A DNA stretch of 64,000 nucleotides, taken from the NCBI GenBank assembly GCA_030704615.1, contig CM060733.1:22072001-22136000 (forward strand), in the 5' to 3' direction. Position numbers and translations under genes: made by a program. The notes under the pieces are model-generated. The model searched no databases and had not been told where the DNA came from. It saw nothing but the letters and a program-made list of their open reading frames with translations. This DNA is from Takakia lepidozioides. Lineage: Eukaryota > Plantae > Bryophyta. Of the stretch, positions 27,005 to 37,400 are shown in pieces (within the stretch, counting starts at the first letter, position 1; the number at the start of each line of letters is the position of its first letter).

Positions 27005-30000
27005 TGTCGCGGCCCTTTGCCTTGAGGGCAGGGGGTCGGGACACATGAGGGGCTGCCCCTGTGGTGGGGGCAGCGGCAGCGATAGGTATGGGGGGCTGAA
27101 GCACCCTTGAGTGCCCAAGGCACTCAAGGAGGCGGAGGCGCTCACTAGGTGGAGCCCCGCACACCGGGTTGCGGTGGAGGTGGCTCCACAAGGGGTGGTG
27201 GTAGCTTAGTGGGACTTAGTGGGGGTGGCATAGGACTCACCATGGGGTGGAGACCTCGAGGTGGGAGTCGTGGGGAGTCTTGGGACTCATCACGGTCCAT
27301 TGGGGCCGCGGTGAGTGGGCCAAGACTCACCGCGACTCACCACCGGGAGTCGAGGGTTTTCGTGGTGGTTCGCCATAAAATGGCATGGCTGGTTATGAAA
27401 CCCCGCGGACAGCTACAGAAGTATATATAGGGAGTAGTAACCCCGAGAACGGTGCAAGCCCGTTGGTGACCAAAAACTAGTGAGTAAGCGAGCGAGCCGG
27501 AAAGCGACCAAAGAGTGGGGAGCTGTTCCGGACTGCCATCTACCAAAGGGAATTCTCCTAGTCCCAAATAGGTGGAGGGTTTAGAGGGAAGCGAAGGGGA
27601 CCGTTATGTCCCGGTGAGCAGCCGAAACTCCAAGTTGCCCGGCGGCCAGGTTGGGAGTCAGGCGCGCGCATCAAAGCGAGTAACTATGACTTGAAGGGGA
27701 GTTTACCGAATGAGGTGTGCGACACTTGGTATCAGAGCTTAGAGTTCAGTACGCGATCGTCCTTGGGATTGGCCTCATCATGGGGTCGGGCAAGCCGAAG
27801 CGAAAGCGGAACGGCCCAAAAGATGATGATCCCGGTGAGCCCGATGGGGGCGACGTGTCACCGAGGCGGCCGTTTGAGGAAGCGATTAATGTTTCCGAAA
27901 ACGAGGCCGCTCAGGAGCGGGAGGAATCCGAGGAGTCGGAGCCCGAGGAATCTTTGAGAGCTCCGACAAACCAAGAGATGCCTCCCATGCCGGCAGCCTT
28001 TTGGGAAGGGTTGTTGGCGCAGTTTGGCGGGACGTTGAAAGACGTGTTGAAGGCGGCTAATGCCTTCCACCAAGGCAAAGTTTAAGGTGAAGCCTAAGGA
28101 ACCCGGCACCTTCGAGGGCGTTCGAAACCGGAAGGCACTCAACACCTGGCTCCTGGAGCTAGAGCAGTACTTCCGGGCGGCCAAGTTGAGTGACGAGGAT
28201 CGGGTGGAAGTGGCTCCCACCTATTTGAGGGGCTATGCTCAACAATGGTGGCAGAAACGCCTTCACGACCGAGGCCAAGCCCGGAAACCTTGAACTGGAG
28301 TGAGTTCAAGGAATTGATGAAGAGACAGTTTGTGCCCCTCAACGCATCCTGGCTTGCCCGGGACAAGATGAGGAATTTGAAGCAAACAGATGACATTCGG
28401 GGGTATGTCCAGGCTTTCAATGTGCTGTTGCTCGAAGTCGCGGACATGGCAGAACCAGAAATGGTCTTCAACTTTGTGGCGGGACTGGCCCCATGGGCTA
28501 GGCGGAAGTTGGAGGAGAAGCCACCCAAGACTTTGAACGAGGCAATTGAGAGAGCTGAATGTTTCTCGGATGTCCCTAGGGGTGAGAGACAAGGCCGTAC
28601 GGAGCTGAACCACAAGAAGACCCGGCGGGAAGGTGACTCCTCCCGACCGGAAAAGAAGTGGGATAGGCCACGCGGCGAAAATGGCACGTGGAAATCGAAG
28701 GGAGGTCCTTCACACGTCAAGGCGGCACCCGGTGCTTCGAAAGGAAAAGCGGGTGGAGCGACTTATGGCGGACAGAAGGCGACCTTTGATGGAGTGTGTT
28801 TCAATTGCGGGGAGCCCGGGCACATGGCCAAGAAGTGCACGAAGCCCCGGCAATTGAACATGACTCGGGCGACCACGGAGCTGTCGGAAGATACCATCAG
28901 TCGCTTGGTGGAAGCGGTGGTCGCCAGGACTTGCAAGGTAGGCAAATTTTCTTGTGAGTTGTATCAGGAAACTGGCGCCTTACGAAAAGGGAGTCAGTTA
29001 TTGTTCGTGGATGGGATAATATCCGGAACTAATGTGTCGTTGTTGGTGGACACAGGAGCGTCGCACTCCTTCATGACGCCGGCGCGGCGCGCGAAAGTTG
29101 GGACTCCCGACAAGTGACGTGGGGGCCTCTATTGAGGTGCGCTCTGCCAAAGGAGAACCTCAGTTGGCGACAAGGTTGGCGTTTGATGTTCCTCTTCAAC
29201 TGGGGAGTTGGGAGGGACGTGAGAACTTCACTATCTGCGAGATCGATGGAGTGGATCTCATTTTGGGAATGACCTTTTTGAGCAAATCCGGAGCGGTCAT
29301 AGATGGCCGCAAGAGAGTAGTCACGCTGCCATGTGGGAATGGTGGCGAGGTTTTACGAGTGTCGGAAACGCCCAAATCCGTGGGAGGGCGAATAAACCTT
29401 CTATCAGCAAAGGAGTGGGCCGTGGAGGAGACACACGAGTCCCAGTTTTTGCTTTACATTAGAGAAGTGAAAGGAGAAGGCGATGGGGAGCCGAGCCCAG
29501 ATTGGATCAAGGGGATTTTGGAGAAATACCAGGATGTGATGCCGGAGGATTTACCAAGCGGCTTGCCACCGCGAAGAGGAGTTGACCACAAAATTGAGGT
29601 GATACCGGGATCGGAACCGCCTGCCAAGGCGCCCTACCGGTTGAGCCACAAAGAGTTGGTCGAGCTGAAGACTCAGCTCAAAGATCTAATGTCAAAGGGG
29701 TACATCCGGCCGAGTAAGTCACCTTACGGAGCCCCGGTGCTATTTGCAGACAAGAAGGATGGGACGCTGCGGATGTGTGTCGATTACAGGGCTCTGAATA
29801 AGGTGACTATCAAAAACCGGTACCCTTTGCCAAGGATCGACGACCTCTTCGATCGGTTGGCAGGAGCGAAGTATTTCAGCCGGATCGACTTGCGCTCCGG
29901 CTATCACCAAATTCGGGTGGCGGAAGGAGATGAGGAGAAGACCGCGTGCAGGACAAGGTATGGTTCATATGAGTTCTTGGTGATGCCTTTTGGGCTCACC

Positions 30001-33000
30001 AATGCACCAGCGACATTTAGCACGCTGATGAACAGCCTTTTCCAGGAGTGGTTGGATGACTTTGTGATCGTGTACATCGACGACATCTTGGTGTACTCGA
30101 AAACAAAGGAGGAGCACCTGGAGCACCTCAAAAGGGTGTTCCAAAAATTGCGAGAAGGGAAGCTGTATGCCAAAGCTTCAAAGTGCGAATTCGGGGTCAC
30201 AAAAGTGGAGTTCTTGGGGCACGTGATTACACAGGATGGGATCAAAATGGATGACAGAAAGGTGAGGGCGATCTTGGACTGGGAGCCTCCGACTTCGGTC
30301 CCGGGAGTGCGATCCTTCCTAGGACTCGCCTCCTATTACCGGAAGTATGTGAGAAATTTCGCCAAGATCGCGGGGCCGCTGTCGGACCTTCTGTGTAAAT
30401 CCAAAGTCTGGGTATGGAACACATTTTGTGGCCAAGCTTTTGCTGAATTGAAGCAGCGGATGACGGAAGCTCCAGTCTTAAAAATCCCGGAGTTCGATCG
30501 TCCGTTTGAGATTCATACAGATGCATCGGACTTCGCAATTGGGGGTGTACTTATGCAAGATGGACGTCCAGTGGCTTACGAAAGTAAGAAACTGAATGAA
30601 GTGGAGCGACGGTGGCCGACGCACGAAAAAGAGATGAAGACGGTGGTACATTGCCTTGAACTCTGGCGCCACTATGTTGGTTCCAACCCAGTGAAGGTGT
30701 TCACGGACAATGTCACGGTGAAGTATTTTGCCACGCAGCCCAAGTTGTCCCCAAAACAACTTAGGTGGCAAGATACTTTGGCAGTGTTCGACGTGGATAT
30801 CCAGTACAAACCGGGACGGGACAATGTGGTGGCCGATGCTTTAAGTAGAAAGCAGCAGCTCTTGTTGGTGTACAAGGGCGAGACGGCGCTCCAAAGGAAG
30901 ATCCGGAAGGCTTGCCGGAAGGATGAGCTGGCAAAGTGCGTGATGCAGAACTTGAGAATGGGGGTTAAATCGCAGTTCCACTTGCAAAACGGACTGCTCC
31001 GGTATAAGCAAAAACGTCTCTATGTGCCAAAGGGAGGGATCAGGGATAGTCTCTTGAGAGAATGCCATGATAGCCCGCTTGCGGGCCACGGTGGAACCAA
31101 GCGCACTGCGGCACTCTTGAAGAAAGAGTATTTCTGGCCCAAACTGAGGGAGGAGGCAGAGGAGTATGTAAAGACATGCACCACATGCCAACAAAACCGG
31201 AGCGAGTATAAAAAGCAAGCGGGGCTGTTACAACCCTTGCCGATTCCAGAGGGGACTTGGGAAAGCGTCTCGATGGATTTCATGACTGCTATGCCGCTGT
31301 CAAAAGGATTCGATGCAATCATGGTGGTGGTAGATAGGTTCAGTAAAATGGCCCATTTCATCCCCACCAAGGAGACGGCAACGGCGCAGGAGACAGGGCG
31401 ACTTTACTTCGCCCACGTCTTAAAGCATCATGGAGTCCCGAAGGATATTGTCTCGGACCGCGATCCAAAGTTTACGAGTAAATTCTGGAGAGCACTTTGG
31501 AAGAAGATGGGGACGAGGCTGAAGATGAGCACCGCCTTCCGACCTACGACGGACGGCCAAACGGAAAGAGTGAATTCCGTAGTGAAGCAATTCTTGCGGA
31601 ATTACGTGTCGGCAGACCAATCAGACTGGATGGAACACTTAGACGCGGCAGAGTTCTGTTATAATAACACAGAACACTCCGCGACGGGAGTTTCCCCTTT
31701 TGTGTTGGTCTATGGAAAAGCACCTCTGGTGCCGACAAGTTGGGCCGCCCAGGACGTTGAGGAACCGGCAGTAGCGGCGGTACTGGAAGAACGCGAGCGT
31801 TTGTTGAAGCTCGCAAAGTACAACATTGCCAAAGCTAGGAAACGGTATGAAAGGCAGGCGAATCGGAAGCGGAGGGAAGTGAAGTTTGAGGCAGGCACAG
31901 AGGTCTGGTTGAACATCAAGAATTTTCGACTACCTCCGGAAGTGAGTCCGAAGTTCGTACCTCCGTATGCGGGTCCCTTTCGCATTCGGAGGGTTATGAA
32001 TGAGGATGTGTATGAATTGGAGCTGCCGGCAAACAGCAAGGTGCACCCAGTATTCCATGTCTCCCTTTTGAAGCCTTACTTCAAAGATGAAGCACGTCCG
32101 AATCGGCAGCAAGTGTTGCGTCCGCCACCTATGCTGTTGGATCATGAAAATGAACCTGAGTACGAGGTGGAGGCAATACTTAAGTCGAGGAGGTTCAAGA
32201 ACCGAGAAACGGAGTATCTCGTCAAATGGAAGGGCTATCATCTTGTGGAGGCATCTTGGGTGCGTGCCTCAGAAATGGGAAACGCATCCGAGGCAGTTGC
32301 AGCGTTCGAAGGGCGACCTCAAAAGCGGAAGAAACGTTGATGGGGACATCAACCTTGGAGCGTGGGGGAGGAAATGCATGCTTAGCCCGGTTTAGCTAGC
32401 TCAGGAATCCGATTGCAAAAACTTGTATTGTACAAAAATTTGTGATAAAGGAAATGGGTTCCAAATATTGTGCGTCCTATTGTGTTTGGAATGGTGATGC
32501 ATGGTGTGGTTGGCTGGTGTGTAGAATGCATGCTAGCTTACAAAAGTGGGAGAGGTAAATTGGGTTAATCGTGTGTTTGCGCAGTGCCGAAATCGGGTGA
32601 CTCCCATCCAAGGGGCAAGGAAACTTGCGCCTTATTTGGGAGTTCAAGTGCTAGTGCGCACCTGGCGCGTGCGCGTACTATAACTGCGCTACCGAGGGGG
32701 TTGCCTTGTAGTGCGGGCTAACGCGGAAGCTACGTGCTTCCGTTCACGTACTATAATTGTGTAGCCTCGGGACGAAGTCGTAGTGCGGCTTCGGCGTGTT
32801 CCCGTACCTCAGGCCAGCATTCCAAGGCGGACCCAATTGTAGTGATTGGGGCGCACGGTTGGTTCAAGGTTATCTTCCTAGTCAAAGAGGGTTTCAGGTG
32901 AACCCTTGCTCAAGGTGATGCCAAAAGCGGCATCATGAGCGATCGCAAGCAATGTTGTTGCAGTAAGGCGATTCGATCCTCGGGAGGATCGTTCCTTGGC

Positions 33001-33970
33001 CTTGAAGTAGGCCAAGAAGAGTGCACTGGGAGGAGCTGGAGAGGCTCCACCCTTGGCCGGGACTTGGAGGAAGTCGGCCGAACTAGCTAGTGGAGAGTGG
33101 AGTCAAGTGTGGGGTTTGGTTCTTTGCCATGGGACGCCATGGTACGGAAACAAACTCCTTGATGTGGGACGCCACAACTTGGATGTTCGTTTCTACAAAA
33201 TGGACAAGTCGATGAGGACATCGACTCCCTGTTGGTAGGGGTGTGTGTCGCGGCCCTTTGCCTTGAGGGCAGGGGGTCGGGACACATAAGGGGCTGCCCC
33301 TGTGGTGGGGGCAGCGGCGGCGATAGGTATGGGGGCTGAAGCACCCTTGAGTGCCCAAGGCACTCAAGGAGGCGGAGGCGCTCACTAGGTGGAGCCCCGC
33401 ACACCGGGTTGCGGTGGAGGTGGCTCCACAAGGGGTGGTGGTAGCTTAGTGGGACTTAGTGGGGGTGGCATAGGACTCACCATGGGGTGGAGACCTCGAG
33501 GTGGGAGTCGTGGGGAGTCTTGGGACTCATCACGGTCCATTGGGGCCGCGGTGAGTGGGCCAAGACTCACCGCGACTCACCACCGGGAGTCGAGGGTTTT
33601 CGTGGTGGTTCGCCATAAAATGGCATGGCTGGTTATGAAACCCCCGCGGACAGCTACAGAAGTATATATAGGGAGTAGTAACCCCGAGAACGGTGCAAGC
33701 CCGTTGGTGACCAAAAACTAGTGAGTAAGCGAGCGAGCCGGAAAGCGACCAAAGAGTGGGGAGCTGTTCCGGACTGCCATCTATCAAAGGGAATTCTCCT
33801 AGTCCCAAAGAGGTGGAGGGTTTAGAAGGAAGCGAAGAGGGGACCGTTATGTCCCGGTGAGCAGCCGAAGCTCCAAGTTGGCCCGGGCGGCCAGGTTGGG
33901 AGTCAGGCGCGCGCATCAAAGCGAGTAACTATGACTTGAAGGGGAGTTTACCGAATCGAGGTGTGCGACA
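27005..33970 (+). mobile_element. Ty3/gypsy chromovirus LTR retrotransposon, copy 3 (full length, youngest)
   Basis: 5' LTR 27005-27724 and 3' LTR 33246-33970 (TGTCGC...GCGACA) share diagnostic variants; PBS TGGTATCAGAGC 27727-27738 (tRNA-iMet); purine-rich tract before 33246; no TSD (TCTAA vs CAGTG). Confidence 0.97.
27780..32340 (+). CDS. gag-pol polyprotein (Gag, CCHC knuckle, aspartic protease, RT, RNase H, integrase, chromodomain); about three single-base frameshifts near 28065, 28280 and 29085
   Basis: [10 protein letters not shown] start; [14 protein letters not shown]; [10 protein letters not shown]; YIDDIL; TDAS; HDSPLAGH...CTTC; SMDF/SDRD/TDGQTER; GPF; EYEVEAIL...[11 protein letters not shown]; ORF 29098..32340 is intact (1080 aa). 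Confidence 0.95.
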
Positions 33971-34192
33971 CAGTGAAGGTGTTCACGGACAATGTCACGG
34001 TGAAGTATTTTGCCACGCAGCCCAAGTTGTCCCCAAAACAACTTAGGTGGCAAGATACTCTGACGGTGTTCGATGTGGATATCGAGTACAAACCAGGACG
34101 GGACAACGTGGTGGCCGATGCTTTAAGTAGAAAACATCAGCTCATGTTGGTGTAGAGGGGCGAGACGGTGCTCCAAAGGAAGGCTTGCCGGA
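33971..34192 (+). pseudogene. RNase H 3' fragment of the chromovirus pol (probable continuation of copy 1)
   Basis: [30 protein letters not shown]...DALSRK, then a stop; more diverged than copies 2 and 3. Confidence 0.85.
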
Positions 34193-34420
34193 TTTTTGTC
34201 CGATCATGACTGTTTGATCATGACCGTTGAAGTTGGCCCAAGACCAGCCCAAGAGTGGTAGAAATTGGGCCCTGGAGTTCTTGGGCTTGGGCCCTAGTGT
34301 AAAGTGGCCCTTATATATCAAGAAATTTTAACATCCCACCAAATCGACCACCTTTGCGTCCTTATCGATGAAGCGAAAACCTATTCCATATTTATCAAGA
34401 TGATCCTGGCTGCCAAGCTG
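34193..34420 (-). mobile_element. Possible Copia-like 3' end (PPT plus partial LTR), truncated against the gypsy fragment
   Basis: Minus strand CAAAGGTGGTCGATTTGGTGGGATGTT resembles Copia PPT-LTR junctions, followed by GGGCCCAAGCCC motifs; no coding support. Confidence 0.3.
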
Positions 34421-37400
34421 GTTTCCAACGTGTGGTTAGTCTTCTATTCGAAGACTGCGGCTGCATAACTGCCCCAGAAAAAGGAGCAACCCGAAAGACC
34501 GAGTACATCCCACGCGCTCTCTCGCAGATCTCAGATGGGTCCCCCCCCTCCCCTGCTACTTTCCTTTACTGGACCTTTCGCCAGATTCTGCTACACACAG
34601 TGCACACTGCTCGATGCTGCCTACCTGCCTGCCACACACTGCCTGCACATTGGATATGCCGACTCCTCCACTTTGGAAGCCTCACTTTACAGACCTTTTG
34701 ATTTGCCAACGCAGAGTCACAGGCACTTGATCGGACTCCTCATCACTGGTGGTTGCATGGCGAGATACGAGCGGGCCATTGCTACCGAAATTGCCTTATT
34801 AATGCCATTCCCATTCACGGGAGTTGAAGCTCCACTGACAGTGGACACATGTATCCCGATCGATCCCTGTACACTGTAGCACAGTAGACCTCCCTCGCAC
34901 GTCTGTCTGTCTGCTCTTCTTCTAAAACAGAAACTCGGGGTGGCCAGTTGCAAGTGGCAGACCTGGATAAGTTAGGTGGCCGGGCAGCGCGTGGCAGAAG
35001 CAGCGAGCAGACACAAAGTGCCTGGAGAGCCTAAGTAAAGCACCGCCTGATACTGGCCGCCTTCCCGGATTCTTCGCCGACTTCTCGTCCAATCGCTGCG
35101 GCCCATCTTTCTCGGCATTTCGCGCTAACGTTTTGTCGGCATTGCCGCGATCCTCAATCCCCGCCCCTCCTTTTGTCTCGCTTCGTGTACCTCATCAACA
35201 TGGCAACCGAACTCGCACACGACTCCTGGAAAAAGCCTAGACCGAACTTGCACTGCACCGACTTTGCGAGACAAAAGCAAGGCGTAACAATTTCTAGATT
35301 CCGTGATCACCCGAGGAATGGTAGACCGAAACAGCCCCAATAAATGAAATAGTGGAGGGTCCCACTGGAAGAAGAAGACCTGGGTGTGGGTCCCTTTCAT
35401 TTCCTTCCAGATAGCCCTCCTTGAATTCCAGCATCGCATGTTTTTGGTTTTGGTGTTGAGGATGGTTGGTTGTGCTTTCAGGAATCAGGGGTCACCCCGC
35501 TTGAACGTCATGTTTTAAGGATATGATAAACGGGCAGGGCAACTGTTGACTGAAAAATGATTCAAAGAATAAAGGTGGTGAAAACAACTTAACGCTAAAG
35601 CAAGTGTGCGTCCACAATGCGCAATGCGAGGGTGGCAGTAGAGAGATCCACAAGATAGGAGGGCAGTACTCTATCAATCAGTGAGATCATGAGCACGGTG
35701 CTCACAGCAGTGGCGGCGACACACAAGGTAGCGAGCTCTGGTTGGCAACAATATTCCAACCGACCCTGACCTTGCGGTGGTCCAGATTTGCACAAGCCCC
35801 GAGCCGCTTCTCACGCCTTTAACTCACCCTCCGTTGACGAGGTTCATTTGTGACGCACCTGGGGGGGCTCCGATTGCTCACTTCATCACCTACATCGCTG
35901 CCATATGAGTTAAGGAAAGCTGAATCTCATCAATGTTTGTGGAGATAGGGAAGCCCAGCTTGAGAAATAGTCAGTCCTATACCAGTACCTGCAGTCTTTA
36001 GTTTTGTCTCGTGTGAGAAAAGATTACCATAACCGTTGCTAACGTGTGAGTGTCAGACTAATGACTCCCACGAGTGCAGAGGTCCAAGCCAGCCCGGCCA
36101 AGCTTGCGGTGAATAAATACAAGCCCAAAGCCGAGTTCGGCGACAGCCCCGAGGCTTCGAGAATTGACAACACAGGCCGAGAAGCTTATTATAACTCAGT
36201 TGGAGTCCATTGCAAGCCAGATTCTCACCATCACTCCGTCCCGTGTCCAGTCCTTCCACTCCGTTCCCACACGTGTGACAGAGTGCGGACGCACGGCTGC
36301 GTCCGCGTTGCACGTTCATATTTGCTGCAGAGCGCCTGCGGGACCCGCCGTTTGGCAAAAGCGCTGGCTTGGCTCGGCTATTGACATAAACCCTAGAAAG
36401 AAGGATATACTACAAGGGTTAATTTAGTAGGGTTTTGGCGAAAGTGTTGCACGGAGTTTAACCACTGGAACGCCAGAGTTGAATGCCGACGACTCCGTCC
36501 ACCCTCTGCCTTCGTCCTGCGAGAGCCGCCGCCTGCGCCGAGCCTGCCATCCGTCCGGACGGACGGACAGGGCCAGACTTAAATGAGGAAGAAAAGCAGG
36601 AGTCAGAGTCGCCGCTCAGAGAACAGGAAACAAAATTTGCAGTTCTAACTTCTTCCGTTTCTCAAGTAAGATGCATCGTTCAAAATCTTTACGTCAACTC
36701 GATAATTTGGCCTTTTTTCTTTTGATTCGGTGCTCCAAATTATATCGAAGCACCTTCATAGATTTTTTTTCACCCCGGCTCCGACTGCAAGATGGGTGTG
36801 TTGTCCGAGTGGCAATGAAAACAATGACTAAAAGCACGGCCATGCTTATGCGATAATTATTTGGTAGAGTGGGCCCCTTCTATGGCCCGGGATCTCATTC
36901 AGTTATATAAATGAGGTTGCGCTGGAGACTGTAGATTGCCTGCCCACTATCACGCCAGGTCTGTGCACTATTGTTGCCTGTGGGTGGTTTCTTTGGGACC
37001 ATCGCCATGGACCCCAGCGTTCGGCAAAATAATTGCCTGATTCGTAATTTGAAAGATTGCAGGACCAGAGAGGCACACAAGAGTCCATCTGCATTCTGCA
37101 TTTGTGCCTTAGTTATCGGCGGGAGTGATAAGACGGTGCGCTGGTAACACGAAGCATTGTCCTAGATTAGAGGTGGAAAAAAAGTTTTATGTCAGCTTAT
37201 CCTGAAATTACTCAGATGGAAGACAGTCTGGAACCTCCTCTTATTCGGTGAAATTGGTGTGCCCCACCCCCCCCCCTCCCACCCACCCCCCTTAGAAAGG
37301 TTTTTGGAGGCCCACCGCTGTTCGAAATGCCCAGCAATGAGCTGTTTCAATCAATCTATGCATATGGGTTGCTGTAATGAGGGCCATGATGGAATGAAGT

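Noticed and set aside
27280-27350. GTGATGAG motifs on the LTR minus strand as hammerhead ribozymes (retrozyme)
   Set aside because: The core would need CUGANGA plus a downstream GAAA and closing helices; none seen.
16825-29100. Frameshifts as programmed ribosomal frameshifting
   Set aside because: They occur at different positions in each copy as 1-bp indels; decay or long-read consensus error is more likely.
33100-33210. Relic second chromodomain before the PPT
   Set aside because: Only faint similarity (LVLCHGTPWY); not supportable.
15770-33919. Many short repeated ORFs in LTRs and antisense to pol
   Set aside because: By-products of GC-rich LTRs and shadow frames; frames are not conserved between copies.
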